Assembly (NCBI RefSeq): GCF_047616845.1 | Contig: NZ_JBLGBY010000001.1 | Span: 18,631-82,630 of the forward strand | Source: Natronomonas sp. | GTDB lineage: Archaea; Halobacteriota; Halobacteria; Halobacteriales; Haloarculaceae | Length of the DNA stretch: 64,000 nucleotides | Reading direction: 5' to 3' | Shown: in pieces, positions 10,221 to 21,006 of the stretch | Layout of the letters: every line of letters begins with the position of its first letter | How positions within the stretch are numbered: the first letter of the stretch is position 1 | Translations under genes and position numbers: made by a program | Notes under the pieces: model-generated | What the model was told of the DNA's origin: nothing | Database searches by the model: none | What the model saw: only the letters and a program-made list of their open reading frames with translations

Positions 10221-12491
10221 CTATTGGAACGTCCGGCTGACTTCGGGCTCGTCCGGCTCCTGACCGGGGCCAAACTCCTCTTCGACTTCCTCGTAGCGTT
10301 CGCGCGTCTCCTCGTCGACGCTTGCGTGCACCTCATCGAGCGCCTGCTCGAAGTGCTCGCGGGTCACGCGGACGTTCTCGACGCTCTGGGCTGCCTCCTC
10401 GGGCGAGACGCTGTTGATGAACTCCCGCGTCGCGGCCATGGAGGCCTCTCGGCAGACCGCCTCGATGTCGGCGCCGACGTAGCCGTCGGTCTCCGCCGCC
10501 AACTCGTCGAGGTCGACGTCGTCGGCCAGCGGCTTCTTCCGGGTGTGCACCTGGAAGATGGCCTTCCGGGCGTCCTCGTCCGGAACCGGGACGTGGACGT
10601 GGCGGTCGAGTCGACCCGGACGCAGTAGCGCCGAATCGATGAGGTCGGGCCGGTTCGTCGTCGCGATGACGACGACGTCCTCCAGCTCTTCGAGGCCGTC
10701 GAGCTCCGTTAAGAGCTGTGAGACGACGCGCTCACCGACGCCGGAGTCGCCCATGCGTCCACCACGCTCACCGGCGATGGAGTCGATCTCGTCGAAGAAC
10801 ACGACGGTCGGCGCGTTCGCCCGAGCTTTCTCGAAGACCTCACGGACGCCCTTCTCGGACTCCCCGACGTACTTGTTCAGCAGTTCGGGGCCTTTGATGG
10901 AGATGAAGTTCGACTGCGCCTCGTTGGCGACGGCCTTCGCCATCAGGGTCTTCCCGGTGCCCGGCGGGCCGTACAGCAGGACGCCCTTCGCGGCCTGCAT
11001 GTCCATGGCCTCGAAGACATCGGGGTACTCGAGGGGCCACTGGATGGTCTCATGGAGGCGCTCTTTGGTGTCTTCGAGGCCACCCACCCGATCCCAGGTG
11101 ATGTCCGGAACCTCGACGAACACCTCGCGCATCGCACTCGGCGAGATGCCTTTCAGTGCGTCCTTGAAGTCGCGCTCGGTGACCTGCATCGACTCCAGTA
11201 TCTCGGCGTCGATCTCGTCGGCTTCGAGGTCGAGCTCGGGACGGATGCGTCGGAGCGCGTTCATCGCAGCCTCCTTCGTCAGACTCTCGAGGTCGGCGCC
11301 GACGAAGCCATGCGTGCTCTCCGAATACTGATCGAGGTCGATGCCCTCGACGAGCGGCATGCCACGGGTGTGCACCTGGAGGATTTCCTTGCGGCCCTCC
11401 TTGTCCGGGACGCCGATCTCGATTTCGCGGTCGAATCGGCCGCCACGGCGAAGCGCGGGGTCGAGTGCGTCGACGCGGTTCGTCGCGCCGATGACGATGA
11501 CGTCGCCACGCTCGTCGAGCCCGTCCATCAGGCTCAGAAGCTGGGCGACGACGCGGCGCTCGACGTCACCACTCGTCTCACCGCGCTTGGGCGCGATGGA
11601 GTCGATCTCGTCGATGAAGACGATGGCCGGCGCGTTCTCGGAGGCCTCCTCGAACACCTCTCGGAGCTGCTCTTCGCTCTCCCCGTAGTATTTCGACATG
11701 ATCTCGGGGCCGGAGATGTTCGTGAAGTGAGCGTCGATTTCGTTTGCGACGGCTTTCGCCATCAGGGTCTTTCCGGTGCCAGGCGGGCCGTGCAGCAGGA
11801 CGCCCTTCGGCGGTTCGATACCGAGCTGCTGGAACAGTTCGGGGTGTCGCATCGGCAGCTCGATCATCTCCCGAACCTGTTCGAGCTCGCGGTCGAGGCC
11901 ACCGATGTCCTCGTAGGTGACCGACGGCGTGGCGGACTCGCCGCCAGCGGAGCCGCCGCCCTTCTGTGCGATCTGCTCGGCGGGCTTTTCGCTCACCTGA
12001 ATCTCGGTCGAATCCGTGACGACGACCGTGCCGCTCGGGTCGGTTTCGGCGATCTTCAGCGGAATGCGCTGGCCGCTCTTCGAGGAGAGCGGGCCGAGAC
12101 CGAGCGAGAACGGGACGTTCTGGCCCTCGGTGACGGCCTGGCCGCTGAGCTTGTCCCGGATGTGGGGGCCGATGTTCCCGCGGATACGGAGGTTCTGCGG
12201 GAGTGCGACCGTGACCTGTTTCGCGGGGCTGACATCGGCCGGCTCGACCTCGACGTTGTCATCGATTCCGACGTCGGCTTCCTGACGGAGGCGGCCGTCG
12301 ATACGGATGACGCCCTGGCCCTCGTCTTCGGGGTAGCCCGGCCAGACGCGGGCGACGGCGCGGGAGCCGTCACTCTGGATGACGATGTAATCGCCGTTCT
12401 CTAAGTCGAGTTCCTGCATTGCTGCCCGATCGATGGCCGCGAGTCCGCGACCGGCGTCCTTCTGTTTGAGGGGTTTGACCGTCAGTTTCAT
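10221..12491 (-). CDS. cdc48: CDC48/VCP-family AAA ATPase
   Basis: N-domain plus two AAA modules (GPPGTGKT x2, FIDEID/FFDEID, RPGRLDR). Confidence 0.96.
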   Translation of the reverse strand: MKLTVKPLKQKDAGRGLAAIDRAAMQELDLENGDYIVIQSDGSRAVARVWPGYPEDEGQGVIRIDGRLRQEADVGIDDNVEVEPADVSPAKQVTVALPQNLRIRGNIGPHIRDKLSGQAVTEGQNVPFSLGLGPLSSKSGQRIPLKIAETDPSGTVVVTDSTEIQVSEKPAEQIAQKGGGSAGGESATPSVTYEDIGGLDRELEQVREMIELPMRHPELFQQLGIEPPKGVLLHGPPGTGKTLMAKAVANEIDAHFTNISGPEIMSKYYGESEEQLREVFEEASENAPAIVFIDEIDSIAPKRGETSGDVERRVVAQLLSLMDGLDERGDVIVIGATNRVDALDPALRRGGRFDREIEIGVPDKEGRKEILQVHTRGMPLVEGIDLDQYSESTHGFVGADLESLTKEAAMNALRRIRPELDLEADEIDAEILESMQVTERDFKDALKGISPSAMREVFVEVPDITWDRVGGLEDTKERLHETIQWPLEYPDVFEAMDMQAAKGVLLYGPPGTGKTLMAKAVANEAQSNFISIKGPELLNKYVGESEKGVREVFEKARANAPTVVFFDEIDSIAGERGGRMGDSGVGERVVSQLLTELDGLEELEDVVVIATTNRPDLIDSALLRPGRLDRHVHVPVPDEDARKAIFQVHTRKKPLADDVDLDELAAETDGYVGADIEAVCREASMAATREFINSVSPEEAAQSVENVRVTREHFEQALDEVHASVDEETRERYEEVEEEFGPGQEPDEPEVSRTFQ

Positions 12492-12494
12492 CGG

Positions 12495-12731
12495 TTATCG
12501 CTCCACCTCGACAGTGACGATTCCGTTGTTCATAATAGCACGGGACGCACCCACAGGGACGTCGAACTCGTACTGCTCACCGTCGGCGATGACGATGGCC
12601 GTGCCGTCGACGACGTCTACGGAGCCCTCGACGTGACCGAAATCGGCGACGAGGATGTCCTCGGCTTCGTATTCGTAGCGACGGACAACGCCGTCAACGT
12701 CGCCGCGAATCGTTTGGCTGTATTCACTCAT
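12495..12731 (-). CDS. Small Hsp20-like protein co-transcribed with cdc48
   Basis: 78 aa, beta-rich, ending NNGIVTVE (alpha-crystallin-like NGVL motif); 3 bp from cdc48. Confidence 0.7.
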   Translation of the reverse strand: MSEYSQTIRGDVDGVVRRYEYEAEDILVADFGHVEGSVDVVDGTAIVIADGEQYEFDVPVGASRAIMNNGIVTVEVER

Positions 12732-12732
12732 G

Positions 12733-12764
12733 CTAACTCAGAGTTAGTCGTCCTAACATATAAA
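12733..12764 (-). promoter_or_regulatory. TATA box plus CTAAC-N5-GTTAG palindromic operator candidate
   Basis: CTAACTCAGAGTTAG at 12733-12747, third half-site CTAAC at 12753-12757, TTTATA on minus strand at 12759-12764. Confidence 0.65.
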
Positions 12765-12897
12765 TGTTCCTCCGAAAACCGCATGACGTGATATCTCATA
12801 CGACTATCGGTTGAATTGCGGTTCGCGGCCAATCGGGAGACGAATCACGCCGTTCCGTTGCCGCCGCGTTTATCGCTCGACCGGCCAACTAACCGGT

Positions 12898-13659
12898 ATG
12901 GAGACCGTCACTCACGACGGCCGCGAGACCGCGTATCGCACGACCGACTTCGGCGATGGCCCGACCGTCTGCTACGTTCACGGCGCCGGCGGCAGCCACG
13001 AGGTGTGGGTCGAGCAGTACGGCGACCGCGAAGGGCCACCTGCCGTCGCCGTTGACCTCTCCGGACACGGCGATAGCGAGGATATCGACACCGCACCGGG
13101 AACCGAGACGCTCGATGCCTACGCCGACGACGTCGTCGCCGTTTGTGAGGCGACGGGCGCGACCGTCCTCTGTGGGAATTCCATGGGCGGCGCCGTCTCG
13201 CTTTGGGTCGCCCTCGAACGCGACCTCGAGCTTGATGCGCTCGTCCTCTCCGATACCGGCGCCAAACTCGGCGTCGACGAGGGCTTCCTCGAAGCGCTCG
13301 CCCGGAACTACGAGAGCGCCGTCGCATCGCTCCACGTCCCCGATACGCTGTTTCATGACCCCGAGGACGACCTCGTCGAGGTATCGAAGCGTGGCCTTCT
13401 TTCGACAGGACAAGCCGTCACGACTCGCGATTTCGAGACTTGCGACGCCTTCGACGTCCGCGACCGCCTCGGGGAGATCGAGGTGCCCGCCCTCGCGCTT
13501 TGTGGGGAACACGACCCGCTCACCCCGCCGTCGTTCTCTGAGTATCTCGAAGCGGAGCTGCCGAACTGTGAGTACGAACTGATTGAGGATGCCGCCCACA
13601 TGCCGATGCTCGAACGACCCGAGCGGTTCAACGACGCCGTCCGGTCGTTCCTACTCTAA
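12898..13659 (+). CDS. Alpha/beta hydrolase
   Basis: HGAGG, GNSMGG nucleophile elbow, GEHD and AHMP motifs. Confidence 0.9.
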   Translation: METVTHDGRETAYRTTDFGDGPTVCYVHGAGGSHEVWVEQYGDREGPPAVAVDLSGHGDSEDIDTAPGTETLDAYADDVVAVCEATGATVLCGNSMGGAVSLWVALERDLELDALVLSDTGAKLGVDEGFLEALARNYESAVASLHVPDTLFHDPEDDLVEVSKRGLLSTGQAVTTRDFETCDAFDVRDRLGEIEVPALALCGEHDPLTPPSFSEYLEAELPNCEYELIEDAAHMPMLERPERFNDAVRSFLL

Positions 13660-14613
13660 CCGTTCGGCGGCGTCCTTGTCGACGAGGACGTCCGCGTTCG
13701 GCTCCGGGAGCGTGACGACGTCTTCGGGGCCGAGATCGTAATCGCGGTTGTCCGCGCCAACGACCTCTCCCACGTCGGCCGTGACACGAACCGTCGTCCG
13801 CGGAATGCCTGGAATATCACGCTCGCTTGAGGTCGGCGCCGGACGTTCGTCCTCGGGCTCCGAAGACGGCTCGTCAGGCTCGTTCGGGGGTTCGCCGGGC
13901 GGCTCCGAGTCCGGTGGCACCTCTGTCGGCGCCGCCGTCTCGGATTCAGATTTCGCACCCTGTGTCGGCTCCGACGCGCCGTCCTCCGTCCCTGGCGCCG
14001 CGTCAACAGGGTCGGTCTCCGCCGCCGGCTCCGTATCGGGGCCGCTTCCCATCAGGTCGGCCGCGCTGACGCCGTCGGTGTCGGACGGCAATGGGTCGGG
14101 GTCGAAATCCGGCTCCGGAGTTGACTCGGGCGCCTGTTCGTCGCCTCCGCTTGGTGCTGCGGTCGTTTCAGGTGACGTGACCGCCGAATCGGTGGCGCCG
14201 TCCACCGAGCAGGAGACGGAGGGTGCATCGCCGTCGAGCACCGACAGCACGGTGTCGCGACTCTGTTCGATACGGGCCACGAGGTCTTCGAAGAGCGCTT
14301 CCTCCTCTTGGGTCAGCCCGTCATCATCGACCGGCATGTCCGCGGCGGCGATGGAGGCCTTCTTTACTACCTTGCCGACACGGCGCTCGTAGATTGCCTC
14401 GACGGTCTGTTCGGCCGTCTCGATGTCGTCCGTGAGCTGTCGGACTTCCGGCGAGGAGAACGGGTCGTCAGCCTGGTCGACGACCTGGGCGCGGCGCTCG
14501 GTGAGCTCCTGGATGTACTCGCCCACCTCACGATAGAACGACGAACGCAGATGCTGGAGGTCACTCGACTGTCGTTCCCGTGCCTGCACGGATTGGAGTT
14601 CGTCGAGATTCAT
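13651..14613 (-). CDS. ginS: DNA replication factor GINS (Gins51-type) with long acidic Pro-rich linker
   Basis: LQHLRSSFY...YERRVGKVV A-domain, C-terminal B-domain (GEVVGAD...YDL...VVTLP); ATGA overlap with priS. Confidence 0.85.
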   Translation of the reverse strand: MNLDELQSVQARERQSSDLQHLRSSFYREVGEYIQELTERRAQVVDQADDPFSSPEVRQLTDDIETAEQTVEAIYERRVGKVVKKASIAAADMPVDDDGLTQEEEALFEDLVARIEQSRDTVLSVLDGDAPSVSCSVDGATDSAVTSPETTAAPSGGDEQAPESTPEPDFDPDPLPSDTDGVSAADLMGSGPDTEPAAETDPVDAAPGTEDGASEPTQGAKSESETAAPTEVPPDSEPPGEPPNEPDEPSSEPEDERPAPTSSERDIPGIPRTTVRVTADVGEVVGADNRDYDLGPEDVVTLPEPNADVLVDKDAAERLE

Positions 14614-15791
14614 TCTCCTGCCTTGGTTGCGTGACCGCGGGCCATCGCGAATATGCCCGCGTACTCTGCTACCGTGGACACACCCTCCGAGAGCCTAAAG
14701 CTTTCCCCGCCGAGTTCGACGGTCGTCGGTTCCTCCGCGTACACGGTGATGTCGTTGCCGACGAACGTCTCCGGAATCGTATCCACGAGCGGGTCGAACG
14801 CCTCGAGTTCGTCGGGGTCGAGATATTTCACCTTCAGTCCCGTCCCCCCATGGAGACTCCCCGGAAGCCGAATGAGTCGGTTGATGTCCGTCGTCACTGG
14901 CTCGTCTATCGGTGCGGTCTGGGCTTCGAGTACCCCCTCGAAGAGGATTCGGGCGATGCTGTACATCGCGGGGTGGACGTCGACGTTCCCCCCCGCGAGT
15001 TCTTCGCGGTTGTTCTTCGCCGCATTGAGCGCCGCGTTTGCCTTCCCCTCGCCGATGCCCTCGAACTCCATGAGACGCTCGCCCGCGTCGTCCTCGTCCA
15101 TCGTGAGCAACTCCTCGATGAACGAATCCAGTCGCTCGCGCGTGCGGCCGGCCCATCCACCCTCCGGAAGGCTCCGTTTGTCGGCCGGCGAAGAACGGCC
15201 CGCGCTGCCCGCGACGGCTTCCGTCGAGACGATGTCGTCGAACTCGATGCCGTCACCCAGCACGTAATCGACGATTTCCCGGCGGGCAGTGCGGCTCAAC
15301 TCTAGGACGCCCTTATCGCGGACGTGGACGTGGTAGCCGCGGCCCCCCGAGAAGACGACGGTCATATTGTCGAACGAGAAGTCGTTCTCGAGTAAGTCGA
15401 GCAATCTGAGGAGCGCGCCCTTACACTCCCGCAGCATTTCGCCGTAACTGTCGGCTTCGGGGTCGACGCCGGGAAGGTGGTCGGCGTCCAGGTCGAACAC
15501 GAGGTCGGAACTGCGCCACCCCTTCTGTCCCATGCTTCCCGCGCCGGGGTCGTCGTATCGACCTGCGGAGAAGTAGACGTGTCGCGGACGCTCTCCCGCG
15601 AGGAAATCGCCGAGGTCGCCGCCGCCGACGAGGTCGAGATACGAGTGATGCCGAACCATCGTCGTGCCGCCCGCACTCCACGTGATGTAGCCCCATTCGC
15701 GCTCGTTGGCCGCGGGCGGCGGTGACACCGACGCACGCCGGTAGTGGTCACCGAAGCGCCCCTTCAAGTAGTCTCGTGTGCGGCCATCCAT
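14610..15791 (-). CDS. priS: DNA primase small subunit
   Basis: DLVFDLDAD, FSGGRGYH and RLIRLPGSLH motifs. Confidence 0.95.
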   Translation of the reverse strand: MDGRTRDYLKGRFGDHYRRASVSPPPAANEREWGYITWSAGGTTMVRHHSYLDLVGGGDLGDFLAGERPRHVYFSAGRYDDPGAGSMGQKGWRSSDLVFDLDADHLPGVDPEADSYGEMLRECKGALLRLLDLLENDFSFDNMTVVFSGGRGYHVHVRDKGVLELSRTARREIVDYVLGDGIEFDDIVSTEAVAGSAGRSSPADKRSLPEGGWAGRTRERLDSFIEELLTMDEDDAGERLMEFEGIGEGKANAALNAAKNNREELAGGNVDVHPAMYSIARILFEGVLEAQTAPIDEPVTTDINRLIRLPGSLHGGTGLKVKYLDPDELEAFDPLVDTIPETFVGNDITVYAEEPTTVELGGESFRLSEGVSTVAEYAGIFAMARGHATKAGE

Positions 15792-15890
15792 GGCCCCGAC
15801 TTTGCGACTCGGGTGAAAAAACGTTGGCTTATTCCGCCGGTCGGCTCCGGGTACTGCCTCGCACGACTGGGCGACTGAGTACAGCCGAGC

Positions 15891-16379
15891 TCAGTTGCCC
15901 GGCATGAACCGAGATAGCTTCGATGCGATGCCGCCATCGCCGAGTCGGAGGTAGTAGGCGTCGCCGCGGTCTTCGTAGTAGTTGTCGACGCGGCGCTGCA
16001 CCTCGAAGCCGAGATGTTCGTAGAAGGAAAGCGCCGAATCGTTCGTGGCCCGCGCATGGCAGGTCACGGAGCTGTGGTCGTCCGCGACGGCGGCGACCAG
16101 CTGCCGGCCGAAGCCCTCGCCGCGATACTCGGGGTTGACGGCCAGAAACAGGATGTAGCCGTCGCGTCGCGTTGCGGCGAAGCCGACGAGCGTCTCACCG
16201 TCGTACCCGGGTTCGACGAGCGCGTACACGCGGGAACGGCGGTAGGCGTCCGTGAAGAAGCCGCGGCGCTGCTTGAGGATGCCCTCATCGCGGCGAATCT
16301 GCTCTTTCAGCTCCCACGCCTGCTCGACGAACTGGTCGTCCCCGGTGCCGACGACGCGGATGTCGACGGTGACACTCAC
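15891..16379 (-). CDS. GNAT family N-acetyltransferase
   Basis: LAVNPEYRGEGFG and FYEHLGF motifs. Confidence 0.88.
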   Translation of the reverse strand: MSVTVDIRVVGTGDDQFVEQAWELKEQIRRDEGILKQRRGFFTDAYRRSRVYALVEPGYDGETLVGFAATRRDGYILFLAVNPEYRGEGFGRQLVAAVADDHSSVTCHARATNDSALSFYEHLGFEVQRRVDNYYEDRGDAYYLRLGDGGIASKLSRFMPGN

Positions 16380-16464
16380 TACCAGAACTGTACGGAATCG
16401 GCGAATATAACTCCACCGCCACAGCCCACAAGGTTTTCACGTACCGGGTGAGTCCAGCCGACAT

Positions 16465-17340
16465 ATGCCGTCAGCGCCGGCCGACATCGAAGCAGCCGAG
16501 GAGCTGATGTCGGAACGGCCGAACCCATCCAGCGTGCTCCGGAAAGCGTTCATCAAGGGGCTCGCGATTCTACTGCCCGTCGTCATTACGCTACTCATCA
16601 TCTCGTTCGTCATGGGCTTCATCGCCGATGCGCTCAGCCCCTTGACGACGGTGTTGACCGGCACCTCGCTTTTCAGCAGCCAGTTCGTCGTCACCATCCT
16701 CACGTTCATCGTGTTCTTCGTGCTCGTTCTCGCAACTGGGTTCACAGCCGAGTATGGCACGAAAAGCGGCCGACTGAGCGAGCAGTTCGACGAGTTTATG
16801 CTCTCGATTCCGGGCATCGCCTCGGTGTACAACAGCTTCAACGAGATGAGCGACCTGCTGCTCGATTCGGACACCGACAGCTTCCAGGACGTCAAACTGG
16901 TCGAATACCCCGGTAAGGACTCCTACGTCGTCGCGTTCAAAACCGCTGAAACACCGGATGTCATCGCCGATGAGACGGGCAACGAGGATATGATCACGCT
17001 GTTCATGCCGATGGCACCGAACCCCGTTATGGGCGGGTTCGTCATCCACGTCTCCCGCGAGCGCGTCGTCGACGTCGACCTCACTGTCGAGCAGGGCATC
17101 CGCTCCATCGTCACGAGCGGCGTCGCTATCGGCGAGAACCCCTCTGCTGTGTCGGGGCTCTCGGAGGCCCAGATGCGGGAACTGAGCAATGCGAGCACCG
17201 CCGACCGCATCGACGGGAACGACGAATCCGACACCGCACCGATCGACGAGGCGCCGCGCCCGGATCGGGGAGAGTACCAGGAGCGTCTCGACGACCTCGA
17301 CACCGGCGAGGATACCAACGGCGACGGTGACGAACAATGA
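16465..17340 (+). CDS. DUF502 family membrane protein
   Basis: GLAILLPVVIT, IPGIASVYN, VKLVEYP and PMAPNPVMGG patterns. Confidence 0.82.
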   Translation: MPSAPADIEAAEELMSERPNPSSVLRKAFIKGLAILLPVVITLLIISFVMGFIADALSPLTTVLTGTSLFSSQFVVTILTFIVFFVLVLATGFTAEYGTKSGRLSEQFDEFMLSIPGIASVYNSFNEMSDLLLDSDTDSFQDVKLVEYPGKDSYVVAFKTAETPDVIADETGNEDMITLFMPMAPNPVMGGFVIHVSRERVVDVDLTVEQGIRSIVTSGVAIGENPSAVSGLSEAQMRELSNASTADRIDGNDESDTAPIDEAPRPDRGEYQERLDDLDTGEDTNGDGDEQ

Positions 17341-17747
17341 GCTTCGAACTCCGGCGACACACCGCGGACGTGGCCGTCGAAGCCACCGCGTCCGACCTCG
17401 CCTCGACGTTCGAGGACGTCGCAGCAGGCCTCACGGCTGCCCACTGTGAGTCGGTTCCCGACGGCGTCGGCGACCGATTCCACCTCGGCGTCAGGGCCGA
17501 ATCCAGGGAGGCGTTGCTGTTCGATTATCTGGACGAACTCATCTACGAGCGGGACGTCCGGAGCGTACTGCCGGCCGACCACGAGGTGACAATTCACTGG
17601 AACGGCGTGTGGGCCCTCGAAGCCTCCGCCCGTGGCGTCCCGCTGGATGCGGTCGACGCTCGCGAAATCAAGGCCGTCACCTACTCCGAGATGGAGCTCG
17701 CCGAGACGGATACCGGATGGCGCGCGTACGTCGTCTTCGACGTTTAG
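17337..17747 (+). CDS. Archease
   Basis: HTAD N-terminus, IKAVTY and VVFDV C-terminus. Confidence 0.92.
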   Translation: MSFELRRHTADVAVEATASDLASTFEDVAAGLTAAHCESVPDGVGDRFHLGVRAESREALLFDYLDELIYERDVRSVLPADHEVTIHWNGVWALEASARGVPLDAVDAREIKAVTYSEMELAETDTGWRAYVVFDV

Positions 17748-18550
17748 TATACGTCGTCGATGTCCGATTCGTAGTGGCTGTGCTCCTCGGCAGGGAACTC
17801 GCCGCTTTCGACGGCCTCGGCGTAGGAATCGATGGCATCCCGCATCTCGCTGCGGACGTCGCCGAACTGTTTCGAGAAGGGCGCCGTTCCCTCAGAGAGT
17901 CCGATGACCTCGTCGATGACGAGCACCTGTCCGTCACAGTTCGGGCCGGCGCCGATGCCGATTGTCGGAATCGAGATGGCGTCCGTGACCGCCTCCGCGA
18001 GGTTGGCCGGGACGTGTTCGAGGACGAGCGAGAACGCACCCGCGGCCTCGTGTTCGCGCGCGAGATCGATGATTTCGCTGGCGGATTCCTCGTCGGTGCC
18101 CTGCCGGTAGAGCCCCGTCTCGTTTTCCCGCTGTGGCGTCAGGCCGAGATGTGCTTGTACGGGGATGCCGAGGCGCGTCAGTTTACGCGTCAGGTCGACG
18201 GTGTGGTGGCCGGATTCGAGTTTGACGGCATCGGCGTCGGCTTCCTTGAGCATTCGGCCGCAGTTCTCGATGGCGTCGGCATCGCCGGCGCCGTATGAGA
18301 GAAACGGCATGTCGGCGATAACCAAGGCGTCGTCCGTCGCACGGGCCACGGCGGCGGTGTGGCTCGCCATCTCGTCGTTGGTCACCGGCAGTGTCGAATC
18401 ATAGCCGAGTCTGACGTTGCCGACGGAGTCGCCGACGAGCACCATGTCGATGTCGGCTTCATCGACCAACTGTGCGGTCGGTGCGTCGTAGGCCGTCAGC
18501 ATCGTGATCGGCTCGTCGCCAGCCTTCGCACGAATATCCCTCGCTCGCAT
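17744..18550 (-). CDS. panB: 3-methyl-2-oxobutanoate hydroxymethyltransferase
   Basis: MLTAYD, LVGDS, ADMPF, HLGLTPQ and IGIGAG motifs; ATG at 18550. Confidence 0.95.
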   Translation of the reverse strand: MRARDIRAKAGDEPITMLTAYDAPTAQLVDEADIDMVLVGDSVGNVRLGYDSTLPVTNDEMASHTAAVARATDDALVIADMPFLSYGAGDADAIENCGRMLKEADADAVKLESGHHTVDLTRKLTRLGIPVQAHLGLTPQRENETGLYRQGTDEESASEIIDLAREHEAAGAFSLVLEHVPANLAEAVTDAISIPTIGIGAGPNCDGQVLVIDEVIGLSEGTAPFSKQFGDVRSEMRDAIDSYAEAVESGEFPAEEHSHYESDIDDVY

Positions 18551-18637
18551 GCCTGTCGATGAGGTGCCGCGTGGGTTAAACGCTCTCCCTCGTGGCGAAC
18601 CGTAACCGCTTACCCGCTGACGACCCGACACCCACCA

Positions 18638-18880
18638 ATGCCCACGAGCGTCGAGACGACCGATCCGGCCGGCATCGACTACGGCTGGGTGATGCAGGTG
18701 ACGTTCGTACTCACCATCGTCGTCGGCGCACCGGTCGTCGCGGCGCTGTCGCTTTTCGTGACGCTACCGACGTGGAACGCACGCGCGAACTTCGCCATCC
18801 GGGTCGGGGCGGTCGTGTGGCTCTGTATCGGGATTCCCGTCTACGCGTATGCCCGGAGCCACTCGGAGATGTCGACGTAA
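18638..18880 (+). CDS. Small membrane protein (DUF5822-like)
   Basis: Two TM segments, GIDYGWVMQVTF pattern. Confidence 0.65.
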   Translation: MPTSVETTDPAGIDYGWVMQVTFVLTIVVGAPVVAALSLFVTLPTWNARANFAIRVGAVVWLCIGIPVYAYARSHSEMST

Positions 18881-19380
18881 TCGGTATCGGCGCGCTCGGC
18901 TGTTTTCTCGTCCCGTTTCGTGTCCCCGATGAAAAGCGTCGTCGAGGGGTCGCCGTCGAGCCGTCGAACCGTCTCCAGAAGCGGTTCAGGGTCTGGTTTT
19001 CGTGTTGTGACGCTATCGCGGCCGATGACCACACTGACGCCCTCGATATCGTGTTTCTCGATGGCGATGTGAACGGCGTCCTCGCAGTTCAGTGAACAGA
19101 CGCCGACCGGACACGACGGTATGGTGTCGGCGGCGGCGAGTCGCTCCGAGTCGTGCGCGCCATCCCGCTCGTGGTCGGCGATGACGCGCTCGACGGCCGC
19201 TCTGTTGTCAGTTTCCTCGGATGTCTCCAACATCCCCCACAGCGTATCGGGCGGTGTCACGCCGCGCTCACGGAGCGTCTCGGCGACCTCACTGGCGACG
19301 GTGGCCCAGTCGACCCCGAGATGGACGAGCGTCCCGTCGAGGTCGAACACGACCGTCTCGTGTGCTTCGTGCTCCATCAT
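18841..19380 (-). CDS. HAD superfamily hydrolase
   Basis: FDLDGTL, KPDPEP and IGD motifs. Confidence 0.88.
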   Translation of the reverse strand: MMEHEAHETVVFDLDGTLVHLGVDWATVASEVAETLRERGVTPPDTLWGMLETSEETDNRAAVERVIADHERDGAHDSERLAAADTIPSCPVGVCSLNCEDAVHIAIEKHDIEGVSVVIGRDSVTTRKPDPEPLLETVRRLDGDPSTTLFIGDTKRDEKTAERADTDYVDISEWLRAYA

Positions 19381-19787
19381 TCTGTGACCACGTCTTCGAC
19401 CGCATCGACAAGCGGCGTGACGGCGGTGCCTGGAGCCACCGTGAGGAACACGCCTTCCGTCTCGGTCACGACGCGGATAGCGATGTTCGTCCCCATGTAC
19501 GTGACGAACGCCCGGACGCCATCGGGGTCGAGAAACAGCTCATCGAACAGTTCCCGCTCCGTGAAATCCAGGTGGACGTAGGAGTGAATCTGTCCGAAAT
19601 GTTCGATGCGGGCGTCTTCGTCGGGATACAGGGCGTCGACACGTTCGTCGACGTACATCGTCCGGAACTCGGTTTCGTCGTAGACGACACAGAGGAGGAG
19701 GGCATCGTCGTCGACGGTTTCTCGGGCCACATCGAGGGCCCTCTCGGCGCCGAACGAAACGACCCAATCGCCCTCGTCTTCTGCCAT
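19377..19787 (-). CDS. Conserved haloarchaeal hypothetical protein
   Basis: Acidic ORF from ATG 19787 (IHSYVHLDFTE), 4-bp overlap with HAD gene. Confidence 0.65.
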   Translation of the reverse strand: MAEDEGDWVVSFGAERALDVARETVDDDALLLCVVYDETEFRTMYVDERVDALYPDEDARIEHFGQIHSYVHLDFTERELFDELFLDPDGVRAFVTYMGTNIAIRVVTETEGVFLTVAPGTAVTPLVDAVEDVVTE

Positions 19788-19830
19788 TATCTGTGCTCGG
19801 TGCTTCGATGACAAAAGCGTATGGCCGAGG

Positions 19831-20958
19831 TCAGTCCAGTAGTTCGCGGGCGATGACCGTCTTCTGGATCTGGGTCGTCCCCTCGTAGATGGTCGTGATT
19901 TTGGCGTCACGGTAGAGCCGCTCGACGGGGAAATCGGTCGTGTACCCGTAGCCGCCGTGTACCTGAATCGCCTCGTTCGTCACGTCCATCGCCGCCTCAC
20001 TGGCAAAGTATTTCGCGGTGCTGGCCGCCATCGCTGGCGGTTCGTCGCCATCCAGCCCGCGAGCCGCATCGTAGGTCAACAGTCGGCTCGCCTGCGTCTG
20101 CGTATGCATGTCCGCGAGCTTGTGTCGAATCGACTGGATATCGCGTATCGGCCCGTCGAACTGCTCGCGCTCTTCGGCGTACTCGATTGCGAGGTCGAGT
20201 GCCGACTGGGCGAGGCCGACCGACTGGGCAGCGATGCCGACGCGGCCCCCCGTCAGAATCGAGAAGGCGGCCGACAGCCCACGGCCGACCTCCGTCAGCC
20301 GGTTCTCTTTCGGAATCCTGACATCGTCGAAGATGAGCGTCGTCGTATCGCTGGCTCGGAGACCGAGTTTCTCCTCTTTCTTGCCGACCGCAAGCCCGTT
20401 GGCGTCCTTCGGGACGACGAACTGCGTCACGGTTCCGGGGTCGTCGGCATCCGTCTTCGCAAAGAGGATGACGACGTCGGAGCGGACGCCGTTCGTAATC
20501 CACTGCTTCGTGCCGTTGATGACGTACTCGTCGCCGTCCGGCGCCGCCTCGGTCGACATCTCTGCGGGATTCGAGCCGGCGTCGGGCTCCGAGAGCGCGA
20601 ACGCACCCACTGGGCGGCCCTCGGCCATCTCGGGCAGCCACCGCTCTTTCTGTGCTTCGGTGCCGAACTCCGCGAGACAGGACGTGGCGAGACAGTGGAC
20701 GGAAAGCGCCGTTGCGACCGCTAACTGCCCGTAGGCGACCTCCTCGTTGACGAGGGCGTACGTCAGCCCGTCGACATCAAGCCCACCGTACTCCTCGGGG
20801 ACGGTCATTGCCGTCAGCTCCATCTCGGCGAGGCCGTCCCAGACCTCCTCCGGGAACGATTCGTTCTCGTCGGCTTCGCGGGCGGTCGGGCGGATCTCCT
20901 CGAGTGCGAACTCCCGAACCGTCTCCCGGATGGCGCGCTGCTCGGACGTCAGTTCCAT
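19831..20958 (-). CDS. Acyl-CoA dehydrogenase
   Basis: LSEPDAGS, NGTKQWITNG, KLGLRAS, QVHGGYGY and IYEGT motifs. Confidence 0.94.
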   Translation of the reverse strand: MELTSEQRAIRETVREFALEEIRPTAREADENESFPEEVWDGLAEMELTAMTVPEEYGGLDVDGLTYALVNEEVAYGQLAVATALSVHCLATSCLAEFGTEAQKERWLPEMAEGRPVGAFALSEPDAGSNPAEMSTEAAPDGDEYVINGTKQWITNGVRSDVVILFAKTDADDPGTVTQFVVPKDANGLAVGKKEEKLGLRASDTTTLIFDDVRIPKENRLTEVGRGLSAAFSILTGGRVGIAAQSVGLAQSALDLAIEYAEEREQFDGPIRDIQSIRHKLADMHTQTQASRLLTYDAARGLDGDEPPAMAASTAKYFASEAAMDVTNEAIQVHGGYGYTTDFPVERLYRDAKITTIYEGTTQIQKTVIARELLD

Positions 20959-21006
20959 GCAGGCCCGTTGGCGTCGACCGGCAAAAATTGTCCGCTCGCC
21001 GAAGCG

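Noticed and set aside
13800-14220. Low-complexity acidic Pro-rich stretch in GINS; also the Gly/Ser linker in aMBF1 and the Gly/Met tail in FKBP
   Set aside because: Ordinary flexible linkers or tails; I found no hairpin-element signature in the DNA.
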